Below, in pieces: positions 1-9,037 of a stretch of DNA of 64,000 bases. The notes below the pieces were generated by a model. The model was not told the DNA's origin, searched no databases, and saw nothing but the letters and a program-made list of their open reading frames with translations. A program made the translations under genes and the position numbers. Positions within the stretch are counted from its first letter, which is position 1. The number at the start of each line of letters is the position of its first letter. Source of the stretch: an uncultured Clostridia bacterium (GTDB lineage Bacteria; Bacillota; Clostridia; TANB77; CAG-508); NCBI GenBank assembly GCA_947630235.1, contig CANRGN010000006.1, positions 2,829-66,828 of the forward strand. Direction: 5' to 3'.

Positions 1-1081
1 CGTTAGATTGAATAATAGAATTGGCTAAAGAAATTGCTCCACTTGCAAATAACATTCCTATTATTCCAGATATTAATGTTAACATTACACCTTCTATTAA
101 AAATTGCATTTTAATATTACCACTGTTTGCACCAAGTGCCATTCTAATTCCTATTTCTTTTATTCTTTCATTTACAGAAACTAGCATGATATTCATTATT
201 CCAATACCTCCTACCACTAAAGATAGGCCTGCTATTCCTGCAAATACTAGTTCAATTATTCCTATAATTGTATCTTGCTCTTGAGCAAAGGCAGTTGAAA
301 AATCACTTGATATGTAAAATTCTTCTGAATCCATATATTCTAATAATCTATTCCTAATAGCCTCTTCTGCTTCTTTTCTTCGCTCATTTGAGACTGGTTT
401 AACATTAAAAGATAATCCCATTCCTTGATTATCTGATTCTTTAAAATAATCTTTTGCAAATGAATTTAAAACATAAATAGTTGAAGAACTATAAGATACC
501 ATTGATTGAACAGGTTCTTCAAATGTTCCTATTATTTCAAAATCATAGTTATTAATTTTTATTGTCTGTCCTAATATATCATCAGATTTTCCTAAAAGTT
601 GCTCTGCTACACTATTTTGAATTATACAAAATGGCATTCTATTTTCCTCATCCATTTTTGTAAATTTTCTACCACTATCTAAATTTAATTTATTTAAAAA
701 TTCATAATTTACACCTGTACAAGTTGGAATATCATAATTGTCTTCTTTATTTTTATATAATTTATTCATCTCCATAAAATCATAATTTTTATTTTCAAGA
801 ACAGCTTCTATACTATCTTCATCTTTTAAACTAGCAATTTCATAACTTGGTATATTAATAATTTGTTTATCATCTACATAAGTTCCCCAAATTTGAACTT
901 CAATTAGCGAAAAATCTAAAGAATCTAATTGTTTATTAATACTTTCTTTTGTAGCTGAAGAAATAGCAAAAATAATTGTTATTGAAAATATTCCAATTAT
1001 AATTCCTAACATTGTTAAAAAAGTTCTCATTTTATTTGTTTTGAAAACTTTAAATACCATCTTAATTGATTCATAAATCAT
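1..1081 (-). CDS. ABC transporter permease, MacB/FtsX type (partial, C-terminus runs off the window edge)
   Basis: Not in the ORF track because it has no stop in the window. My minus-strand translation from the ATG at 1081 reads MIYESIKMVFKVFKTNKMRTFLTMLGIIIGIFSITIIFAISSATKESINKQLDS... I checked it down to about position 600 and again for the last 60 nt at the window edge, with no stop. The start lies 4 nt after the ATPase stop. Track ORF 21..284 is its antisense. Confidence 0.8.
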   Translation of the reverse strand, partial: MIYESIKMVFKVFKTNKMRTFLTMLGIIIGIFSITIIFAISSATKESINKQLDSLDFSLIEVQIWGTYVDDKQIINIPSYEIASLKDEDSIEAVLENKNYDFMEMNKLYKNKEDNYDIPTCTGVNYEFLNKLNLDSGRKFTKMDEENRMPFCIIQNSVAEQLLGKSDDILGQTIKINNYDFEIIGTFEEPVQSMVSYSSSTIYVLNSFAKDYFKESDNQGMGLSFNVKPVSNERRKEAEEAIRNRLLEYMDSEEFYISSDFSTAFAQEQDTIIGIIELVFAGIAGLSLVVGGIGIMNIMLVSVNERIKEIGIRMALGANSGNIKMQFLIEGVMLTLISGIIGMLFASGAISLANSIIQSN

Positions 1082-1084
1082 ATG

Positions 1085-1771
1085 CTATTTCTCACCTACC
1101 TTTGTATCTGATATTATTTTTCCATCTGATATTACAATTTTTCTTTTAGCTCTTTTTGCAAGATCCATATCATGAGTAATTAGTAAAACTGTTTTTCCTT
1201 CTTTATTTAATTCTTCTAATAAATTCATAATTTGTATTCCTGTTGCTTCATCTAGTGCACCAGTAGGTTCATCTGCCATAATTATTTTAGGATTTGTAAC
1301 TAAAGCTCTAGCAATAGCAACTCTTTGTTGTTGACCTCCTGATAATTCATTTGGTTTATGTTTTAATCTTTGATCTATTCCAACTTTTTTTGCATACTCT
1401 TCTATAAGTTTTTTTCTATTTCTTCTTGGAACTCTTTTATATATAAGAGGAATCTCTATATTTTCATAAGCAGTTAACTTTTGCAAAAGATTAAAATTTT
1501 GAAAAATAAATCCAAAATATTTATTTCTAATTTTAGCAAGCTCCTTTGATTTTTTCTTACTAATATCAATTCCATCTAAAATATATTTACCTTTTATTTC
1601 CTTATCTAAACAAGACATAATATTTAATAAAGTTGATTTACCAGAACCAGATTTTCCAACAATTGCAACAAATTCGCCTTCTTCTATTTCTAAAGAAACA
1701 TTATTAAGTGCTACTATACTATTATCTTTTGATAAAACATATTCTTTTACAATATTTTCTAATTTAATCAT
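1085..1771 (-). CDS. ABC transporter ATP-binding protein (MacB/LolD-like)
   Basis: Walker A GKSGSGKST, ABC signature LSGGQQQR and Walker B IIMADEPT. Sits between the adaptor and the permease. Confidence 0.95.
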   Translation of the reverse strand: MIKLENIVKEYVLSKDNSIVALNNVSLEIEEGEFVAIVGKSGSGKSTLLNIMSCLDKEIKGKYILDGIDISKKKSKELAKIRNKYFGFIFQNFNLLQKLTAYENIEIPLIYKRVPRRNRKKLIEEYAKKVGIDQRLKHKPNELSGGQQQRVAIARALVTNPKIIMADEPTGALDEATGIQIMNLLEELNKEGKTVLLITHDMDLAKRAKRKIVISDGKIISDTKVGEK

Positions 1772-1787
1772 AATTTTATATAAATAA

Positions 1788-2651
1788 TTACCAATTATAT
1801 GTAATTATTTTTTCTCCTTCTTCTAATCCTCCAACAACTTCTACATTTTTTGATGTAACAGTTCCTACATCAATATATGTACGTAATTCTTCAGGTGCAT
1901 CTTCTCCCCAAGCTAATTCATATAAGCTTTGTTTAACGTCTTCTTTAAAAACATAATATCTACCATCATCAGTCATTTTTACGTAATCATAAGGTATAAC
2001 TATTGTATTTAATTTTTCCATTGTTAAAATACTAGTTGTAGTTGTATATCCAAATTTTACTTCATCAGTATAATTTATTTTGATTTTTACTATAAACTTA
2101 TCATTTTGTGGAAGGCTAGATACATAACTTACTTCACCATCAAATTCTTTATTTAATGCAGTTATGTTTACTTTTGCCTTTTGACCCACACTAACAGATG
2201 TAATATCTTTTTCTGAAAGAGCTACTTTAACACCTATATCATCTAAATTATATATACAATAGCTAGTTCCTCCAGCTTCAGATTCAACACAAAAGAACAT
2301 TCCAGAAATTGATGATTTTATTGTTTTAATTTTTCCGTCATCACTTTTAACTTTTAATATATCTTGTTTTGCCTCTACTTTCTGACCTTCAGAAACTAAT
2401 ATTTGAGTAATTGTTTCTGATGGACCTATTTCTAATTTTTCTATATTAAAAGAATTTATAGTTCCTGTTGACCTTAAATAAGAAGATACATTATCTCTTT
2501 TTACTGTATAACTTGCAAATGATAAATCAGCATAAGATGACGCTAAATTTCCAACCTCATCTATTTTTCCTTTTATAACATGATAAATAGCAAATACTAT
2601 TAATCCTATAATAAGTAAAACAACTATAATTGTTTTTAAATGTTTTTTCAT
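1788..2651 (-). CDS. HlyD-family efflux adaptor (membrane fusion protein), N-terminal TM anchor
   Basis: N-terminal anchor MKKHLKTIIVVLLIIGLIVFAIY followed by a beta-rich barrel-sandwich-like body. RBS aaggaga upstream. Operon position is directly upstream of the MacB-type ATPase and permease. Confidence 0.75.
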   Translation of the reverse strand: MKKHLKTIIVVLLIIGLIVFAIYHVIKGKIDEVGNLASSYADLSFASYTVKRDNVSSYLRSTGTINSFNIEKLEIGPSETITQILVSEGQKVEAKQDILKVKSDDGKIKTIKSSISGMFFCVESEAGGTSYCIYNLDDIGVKVALSEKDITSVSVGQKAKVNITALNKEFDGEVSYVSSLPQNDKFIVKIKINYTDEVKFGYTTTTSILTMEKLNTIVIPYDYVKMTDDGRYYVFKEDVKQSLYELAWGEDAPEELRTYIDVGTVTSKNVEVVGGLEEGEKIITYNW

Positions 2652-2677
2652 TTTGATTCTCCTTAAAAAATTTGATT

Positions 2678-3740
2678 TTATTCTTTTTCTTTATTATTTA
2701 AATCTTTATCTATATTTTTACTATCATCTTTATTTTCATCACCAATTATACCATCTGGTTCTACAACTTGAAAAGTTTGATATTCCTCATAATATGATTT
2801 CCAATATTCTTTCCAATAATCATTCCATAAATTACTATAATATTCTGATAATTCTTCTACATCAAATTCTTGCTCTCCATCAGGCTCTAAACTATTCTCA
2901 CCATCTTCACCTGGTAATAAATCTCCAAATTGATCTAAATTATCTAAATTTTCTAAATCTAAATCACCTAAATTTAATTCATTTCCCATTTGACTTAAAT
3001 AATCTTGAATTGAATCTGTAATATCTGGCTGATTTTTTAATATAATTTTAGTTTTTCCAATTCTATGAACTGTATTTATTAAATCGTATTCTTTAACTGA
3101 AGTATCTGGTTCTTCATTTGTTAAAATTTCAATTTTTGCATTAGTACCAAATTTATACTTATCATTATATTCTATTTTTACTTTTACTTTAATATTTCCT
3201 TTATTAGGTATTTTTTGTATATAGAAAACCTTACCTTCAATTGTTTCGCTACTACCTGTAAATTTAACATTTACTTTTTGACCAATTTTTAACTTAACGC
3301 TTTCTTCTTCATCTACATCAATTTCAATTCCTACATTATCTAAATCGTAAATATAATAAGAATTATTGCCGTTTTCTTCTTGAACATAAAATCTTCCTGC
3401 AATTGTTGAATATATTTCACCATTTGCTTCAGAATTAGAAGTTTTTAATAATTTTTGATCTTCTTTTACCATTTCTTCATTTTTTACAAGAACTTCATCT
3501 ATTTTATTCCAATATCCAGTATCTAATTTTTCTATATTAAACGAAACTAAAGTTCCGTTCACCTGATATAATATCTTTTGTTTTACCTTCTTCTATTTGT
3601 TCATTTTCACTATATTCAACATTTTCATCTTCAATTTTAATATTCTCTTCAATTGAATTATTAAAATTTTTAATTCCGTTAATTACTATAACAAAAATAA
3701 CAATTACTAATATAATTAAAAATATTCTTTTTATTTTCAT
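2678..3740 (-). pseudogene. Second HlyD-like adaptor paralog, split by a frameshift
   Basis: Track ORFs 3537..3740 (TM anchor, ends ...DIISGERNFSFV*) and 2678..3562 (NGTLVSFNIEKL...) are two frames of one protein; compare the neighbour's ...TGTINSFNIEKL. Deleting one A in the A-runs at 3576-3584 joins them. Confidence 0.6.
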
Positions 3741-3840
3741 TTTTCCTATCCTTTACTAAATTTACAAATTGATTTTAATATATTCTATTATTTTTTTCAA
3801 TTATATTAATAAAAAATTAATAGTATTAGGAAAATTTGCA

Positions 3841-3986
3841 GAACAATAGTGGTCCTTTTATTATGTCAAACTGTTAAAAGATATTGCAAAATCCACGTTC
3901 AATTGTTCGTGTACCAATTTTGACAAAAATTATGTTCAATGCTTTATTAAGCCTAGCTACTTAAGAACCTTTCCTACTGAATAAAA
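3841..3986. repeat. Dispersed intergenic element, copy A (long form)
   Basis: Positions 3863-3960 align to 48157-48256 with about 14 differences in about 100 positions by manual alignment. Contains the inverted repeat ATGTCAAA...TTTGACA and an inner hairpin CAATTG-N9-CAATT. Confidence 0.65.
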
Positions 3987-3987
3987 T

Positions 3988-4015
3988 AAAGGGCGATTGC
4001 TCATCACCCTTTAAA
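3988..4015 (-). terminator. Hairpin terminator downstream of the 4045..4689 gene
   Basis: AAAGGGCGAT tgctc ATCACCCTTT stem-loop flanked by A/T runs. Confidence 0.55.
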
Positions 4016-4044
4016 TAAACTGATTATTAATAAATTTTAAATTA

Positions 4045-4689
4045 CTATAGATTTCTATTATAATTACAACAATTTTGTCTTCTGCTATTTAAATTATTTA
4101 TAGTATTTATATTACTGTTATTATTAAGATTATTCATACCATAATTGAAGCTATTAGAATTATTATTACTATCACTATTGTTATTATTGCTATTGTTATT
4201 TATTGTTGTATTATTGATAATATCTGAAGATGTAATCTCATTATTTAATGAATTACCAATATTCAATGTTGTATCTAAACTAGTTAAATTTATAGAATTA
4301 TTATTACAATTCATTCTTATAATACAACTAAGTAATTTTAAGAATTTTATAATTAAATATGTAAGAAAGAACACAACTAAACCTACTAAAATTGCTGAAC
4401 CTATATTTGCACCTAAAGTAATGCTAAGTGCAATAGTTGCAAATAATATTGTACCAATTATTCCAATTAATATTTGGCAACTATATCTTCTAACACATTC
4501 ACAATACATTGATAAAACAATAGTAACAAAAAAAGCTATAGATATTACAAAAGCTGATACAATTGCTACTATTAATCCAACAGTCAAATTTGTTAATATC
4601 CCTAAAAAAACTAACAATCCTATTAAAAAACCCAAAAGAATTGCAAGTAATATCCCCACTAAACACGAATAATTTTCATTATCACACAT
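4045..4689 (-). CDS. Polytopic membrane protein with an Asn-rich low-complexity C-terminal tail, function unknown
   Basis: About four hydrophobic helices followed by an 85-aa N/S/T-rich tail. Cys pairs at both ends (MCDNENYSC..., ...QNCCNYNRNL). Track ORF 4145..4672 is its antisense mirror. Confidence 0.6.
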   Translation of the reverse strand: MCDNENYSCLVGILLAILLGFLIGLLVFLGILTNLTVGLIVAIVSAFVISIAFFVTIVLSMYCECVRRYSCQILIGIIGTILFATIALSITLGANIGSAILVGLVVFFLTYLIIKFLKLLSCIIRMNCNNNSINLTSLDTTLNIGNSLNNEITSSDIINNTTINNNSNNNNSDSNNNSNSFNYGMNNLNNNSNINTINNLNSRRQNCCNYNRNL

Positions 4690-4742
4690 ATTCCCACCTC
4701 TTAATCTATTTTATGTGATAAAAATTATTTTGTTAATAAAAA

Positions 4743-4824
4743 AATCTAGATTAAATTATAAAATGGGGATTTTTAAGGAAATAAACTTATAAAAAGTTTA
4801 AAAAATTATAATTTAATCTAGATT
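4743..4824 (-). terminator. 19-bp perfect inverted repeat with 44-nt spacer, long-stem terminator candidate after the flippase gene
   Basis: aatctagattaaattataa (4743-4761) is the exact reverse complement of ttataatttaatctagatt (4806-4824). A T-run follows on the minus strand. Confidence 0.5.
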
Positions 4825-4865
4825 AAATATAGTATATTTATAATAACTTAAAATAAACTTAAAAA

Positions 4866-6320
4866 TTATCTTTTTAATTTACTTTTAACAATTTCTTTAC
4901 CTCTATTTAAAAACATAAATAAGAATTTATCTTTTAATATAAATAACATTCCAAAATAAACTATCACTCCTACCATTATTTGAACTATCATTGACAATAC
5001 TATATCATTTACAATAAAAATTTTTACTATGCTACAAGCAATAAACATTATTATTCCTGATATAAAATATTTTGTACTTAATTTTAATAATTGAATAAAA
5101 CTTACTTCGTTTTTTATATTTCTTATTTGAAGTAAATCAACAATTAATTGTGATACAACTGTAGCAATAGATGCTCCAACAGAATCCCATAAATTAATCA
5201 AAACTAAATTTAAAAAGAAATTTGCAATCAATCCTATTGTAACTGAAAAAGTATATTCCTTCTGTTTTTTAGTTGGAAGTAAATATTGAGTTCCAATTAC
5301 ATTTGCTATACCTATAAGCAAAATAATTGGACTTATTATATTAATTAAAATAACAGCTTTATCATACCCTTTTCCGAAAAAAATTGGTACAAATTCTTTA
5401 GAAATACTAATTATTCCAAAAATAAGTGGAAAAGATAAAAAGAATACAAAATTAAAAGATTGTTTTAAATAATTTTTTACCTTTTCTTTATCTCCACTAG
5501 CAAATGTACTAGCCATTTTAGGAATCATTACAACACCAAGAGATGTTACAACTGTAATTAGTAATCTAATAACTTTCTGTGCTTGTTCATAATATCCAAC
5601 TTCAGTTTTATCTGATATTATTTTTCCTATCATCGTTTTATCTAAATTATTATAAATTTGATTTGATATTTGTGGAATAAATAGTAAAAATATTGGAACT
5701 ATATGTTTATAAAATGTAATATTTTTTATTTTTTGACCTTTAAAATATTTTGGTAAATATATCCATAATGATAAATTTCCAATAAAATCAGCTAATGAAT
5801 ATATCCAAACAAATTTTACTAAATCTTGTTTATTATTTACAAATACAAAAATTAAAGTTACACTTATTAATCTAACTGCAATATTTCGAATAACTGTTTT
5901 TTTGAATTCTTCTAAACCTTGAAAAAACCAACTTATATCTACTGCTGCTGCCAAAAGTTCAAAGGCTAATATCCTATAATATATTGCATATTCACCATTT
6001 AATGTAAAAAAGAATATGTAAACTAAGGTTGCTATAAACATAGTAATAAATCTAAAAATAATTATTTCAACAAATGTTTTCATTCTTTTTTCTACATTTT
6101 CTTGAGCATAAGCAATTTCTCTTTGACCATATAATGCAACACCTAATGAACCAAATAAAATAAAATATGATGCTATAGAATAAGTATAACCATATATACC
6201 TATTCCCTCTCCTCCTAAAACTCTTGAAATATAAGGAGTTGTAATTAAAGGTAAAATTAAAGTTAATACTTGATATATTAAATTATATGCGTAATTTTTT
6301 GCAATACTTTTTTTTGCCAT
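4866..6320 (-). CDS. Oligosaccharide/polysaccharide flippase (MOP superfamily, Wzx-like)
   Basis: 484 aa with about 12-14 TM segments. The N-terminus NYAYNLIYQVLTLILPLITTPYISRVLGGEGIGIYGY is typical of polysaccharide biosynthesis flippases. Confidence 0.85.
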   Translation of the reverse strand: MAKKSIAKNYAYNLIYQVLTLILPLITTPYISRVLGGEGIGIYGYTYSIASYFILFGSLGVALYGQREIAYAQENVEKRMKTFVEIIIFRFITMFIATLVYIFFFTLNGEYAIYYRILAFELLAAAVDISWFFQGLEEFKKTVIRNIAVRLISVTLIFVFVNNKQDLVKFVWIYSLADFIGNLSLWIYLPKYFKGQKIKNITFYKHIVPIFLLFIPQISNQIYNNLDKTMIGKIISDKTEVGYYEQAQKVIRLLITVVTSLGVVMIPKMASTFASGDKEKVKNYLKQSFNFVFFLSFPLIFGIISISKEFVPIFFGKGYDKAVILINIISPIILLIGIANVIGTQYLLPTKKQKEYTFSVTIGLIANFFLNLVLINLWDSVGASIATVVSQLIVDLLQIRNIKNEVSFIQLLKLSTKYFISGIIMFIACSIVKIFIVNDIVLSMIVQIMVGVIVYFGMLFILKDKFLFMFLNRGKEIVKSKLKR

Positions 6321-6349
6321 TTAATATCCTTTCTAATTATAAAAGAGCT

Positions 6350-6370
6350 GCGGATCTATAATAGATCCGC
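6350..6370 (-). terminator. Terminator hairpin after the PBP1A gene
   Basis: GCGGATCTAT a ATAGATCCGC perfect stem, 8 nt downstream of the stop at 6378. Confidence 0.6.
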
Positions 6371-6377
6371 GAAATAT

Positions 6378-8912
6378 TTATGGATTAACCGTATTAGTTG
6401 AAGCAGGAACCTCAGTTTGACTTTGTGTTTCTTCTGGTGTTTTATCACTAGTTCCAACAACTGGAGTTGTGTTATTATTTGAAGCTCCACTATTTGCTTG
6501 ATTTTGAGGAGTTGTATTTTGACTTTCAGCTGGTGGCTTATCATTTGTACCTCCTACTAGATTTTGATCATTATTTGAATTTTCATCATCATTATTATCT
6601 TGTTGAGGTACAGTTGGTTGTACTTCTGCTGGTTTTTGGGCTTCTTCCTCTGCTTTTCTTTTTGCTTCAGCTTCTTGTTCAGCTTGTTTTCTAGCTTCAG
6701 CTTCTTGTTCTGCTTGCTTTCTAGCTTCTTCCTCTGAAACTTGATTTTGATTTTCTGGTTCTGTAACAGGTGTTTCTTCTACAACAGGTACCTGTGGTGC
6801 TACAACGTGACCATTACAAACTCCTGGTACAGTTCCAACTACAAATTTTTCTGTATATACATCTGAACATGATTGAGATGCACACAAACCAGTTTCTCTA
6901 CAAACTAATGCACTAACAACACCACTTGGTTGAGTGAATGTTTTTGGTTCTAATCCTTGATGAATTTTTTTCATTGCAGCTGCCCAAAAACGTCCTGCAA
7001 CATTTGTAGATCCTGAAACTTCTTCTTTTTTATCATATCCATACCAAGTAGCAGCAGTATAATATGGAGTAAATCCACATAGCCATTTATCATTATTACT
7101 ATTTGTTGTACCAGTTTTAGCAGCTGTATCAATTCCTGGTATAGCACAATATGTTGCTGTACCTGAAGCTCCTTTTACTGGCTCTTGAATAAGAGTTTTT
7201 CCAACATAATCAACATTTTCATCAAAAACTTTTGTATTTTCTGGTTTTTTCTCTAAAACAACATTTCCTTTTGAATCTTCAACTTTAGAATAAAATTTTG
7301 GACTATTATATTTACCATCATTTGCTATTGTAGCATATGCTGCACACATTTCAAGTGGAGATACACCTTGGTTTAAACCTCCAATAGCCATTGATAAATT
7401 AGAATCATACTCGTTTAATGTTGATATTCCCATTTTTTCTAAATACTCTTTTGATTTTTTTACAGTAAGTTTTTGAACAACTTTTATAAATGGTATATTT
7501 TGAGATGTTTCCAAAGCCTGACGTATTGTAATATTTCCTCTATAATAATTATAGTTTTTAGGATGATAATTTCCTGGGAAAGTTGTAGGCTCATCTACAA
7601 ATTCCTTGCTTGAAGCAGTAAGAATTTTTTCTTGAAGTCCTGGTAATACAGCAGATAGTGGTTTAAAAGATGATCCTGTTTGTCTAGTAGTTTGTGTAGC
7701 TCTATTTAAACCTCTAGATTCAGTTTTTTCTCCAAGTCCTCCTAAACATCCAACAACATATCCTGTTTTTTGATCCATAACCACTGTAGCTGATTGAGCA
7801 TTTACACCATCATATAATTTAGATTTACGAGTATAATTACTGCTTTTTGCTTCTTCATCTAAAATTGATTGTATTCTAGAATTTTGAGTACTGTATATTG
7901 TTAATCCTCCACCATAAACATAACTTGTAGCAAGTTCTTTTGAAATTTGCTTTTCCTTCATAACATCATTTATAAGTTGTTGAATCAAAGCATCAGTATG
8001 ATATGAATAAACATTTCCCTGAGTTTCTCCTTTAGAAAAAGCTAATCCATTATCAACTTCTGCAACAGCATTTGTATATTCTTCTGATTTAATATAATTA
8101 AGTTCTTTCATTTTTGCCAAAACAGTTTTAGTTCTATCTTTTATTTTTTTCATATTTTCTCCAGTAGGATCTTCATCAAATGGTTTATATTTAGCTGGAG
8201 AATTATTTATTCCTGCCATAAAAGCACACTGAGCAAGAGTTAAATCTTTTGCACTTTTATTAAAATAATATTTAGCACCTAATTCTACACCATAATAACC
8301 TTGGCCAACAAATATTATATTTAAGTATGTTTCTAATATTTGATCTTTAGATAAAACTTCTTCAACTTTATATGCTCTAGCCCATTCTTTTAATTTCCTA
8401 TCAATTGTTTTTTCTTTTTCATCTGTAGCATTTTTAACTAATTGTTGAGTAATTGTACTTCCACCAAAAGAAGTTGAACCTCTATGAAAAACATAATTTA
8501 ATATAGCAGCACCTGTTCTTTTAAAATCAACACCACTATGTAAATAATAACGCTCATCTTCTATAGCTACATAAGCTTTTGGTAAATAATCAGCCATATC
8601 TGATAAAGAAATTATTTTTCTTTTTTCTTCGCCATTTAAAGTTGCAAGTACATTTCCTTCAGAATCTAATATTGTAGAATTAGAATCACCTATAACAATA
8701 TCATCTATATTAAATTCATCTTTAGCTACTTTAAAATTTGCAATAAAAATTGCAGAAACAACAATTATAGCTATAAATATAGCAATAAATAAAATCATAA
8801 AAAAAGCTTTTAATTTCTTATGCTTTTTCTTTTTTACTTTTTTATTTTCTTTTTTTAATTCTTTTTTAGTGTTTTTAGTGTTTTTAGATTTTTTATTTTT
8901 TTCTTCTTTCAT
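6378..8912 (-). CDS. Bifunctional class A penicillin-binding protein (PBP1A family) with a long low-complexity C-terminal tail
   Basis: Glycosyltransferase motifs EDERYYLHSGVD and GGSTITQQL. Transpeptidase motifs SSFKP, SQN and KTGTT. I prefer the start at MKEEKNKK (8912) with RBS ggagtggagga. The tail carries EEARKQAEQEAEARKQAEQEAEAKRKAEEEA repeats. Confidence 0.95.
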   Translation of the reverse strand: MKEEKNKKSKNTKNTKKELKKENKKVKKKKHKKLKAFFMILFIAIFIAIIVVSAIFIANFKVAKDEFNIDDIVIGDSNSTILDSEGNVLATLNGEEKRKIISLSDMADYLPKAYVAIEDERYYLHSGVDFKRTGAAILNYVFHRGSTSFGGSTITQQLVKNATDEKEKTIDRKLKEWARAYKVEEVLSKDQILETYLNIIFVGQGYYGVELGAKYYFNKSAKDLTLAQCAFMAGINNSPAKYKPFDEDPTGENMKKIKDRTKTVLAKMKELNYIKSEEYTNAVAEVDNGLAFSKGETQGNVYSYHTDALIQQLINDVMKEKQISKELATSYVYGGGLTIYSTQNSRIQSILDEEAKSSNYTRKSKLYDGVNAQSATVVMDQKTGYVVGCLGGLGEKTESRGLNRATQTTRQTGSSFKPLSAVLPGLQEKILTASSKEFVDEPTTFPGNYHPKNYNYYRGNITIRQALETSQNIPFIKVVQKLTVKKSKEYLEKMGISTLNEYDSNLSMAIGGLNQGVSPLEMCAAYATIANDGKYNSPKFYSKVEDSKGNVVLEKKPENTKVFDENVDYVGKTLIQEPVKGASGTATYCAIPGIDTAAKTGTTNSNNDKWLCGFTPYYTAATWYGYDKKEEVSGSTNVAGRFWAAAMKKIHQGLEPKTFTQPSGVVSALVCRETGLCASQSCSDVYTEKFVVGTVPGVCNGHVVAPQVPVVEETPVTEPENQNQVSEEEARKQAEQEAEARKQAEQEAEAKRKAEEEAQKPAEVQPTVPQQDNNDDENSNNDQNLVGGTNDKPPAESQNTTPQNQANSGASNNNTTPVVGTSDKTPEETQSQTEVPASTNTVNP

Positions 8913-8997
8913 ATATCCTCCACTCCTAAAAATTTCCACTTTATTTTATACTTATTATAATAAAATTTCAATACTTTTTAAAATTATTAAAAAAAAA

Positions 8998-9032
8998 TTA
9001 AGATATAGAATTAAAAAAACTCTATATCTTAA
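8998..9032 (-). terminator. Intrinsic terminator after the carboxypeptidase gene
   Basis: TTAAGATATAGA...TCTATATCTTAA 12-bp stem followed by a T-run on the minus strand. Confidence 0.75.
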
Positions 9033-9037
9033 TTGCA

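Noticed and set aside
21-284. Plus-strand ORF of 87 aa at the window start
   Set aside because: It lies antisense to an uninterrupted MacB/FtsX permease frame that links directly to the ATPase gene. The I/P/S-rich translation is typical of an antisense artefact.
2653-3021. Plus-strand 122-aa ORF, with similar plus-strand ORFs at 4145..4672, 6467..6694, 24164..24940, 29502..29771, 50983..51354, 53916..54617 and 54614..54991
   Set aside because: All lie antisense to longer minus-strand genes with clear family motifs. They have L/F/I/S-rich low-complexity translations and no RBS. In AT-rich DNA, antisense frames of repeat-rich genes often stay open.
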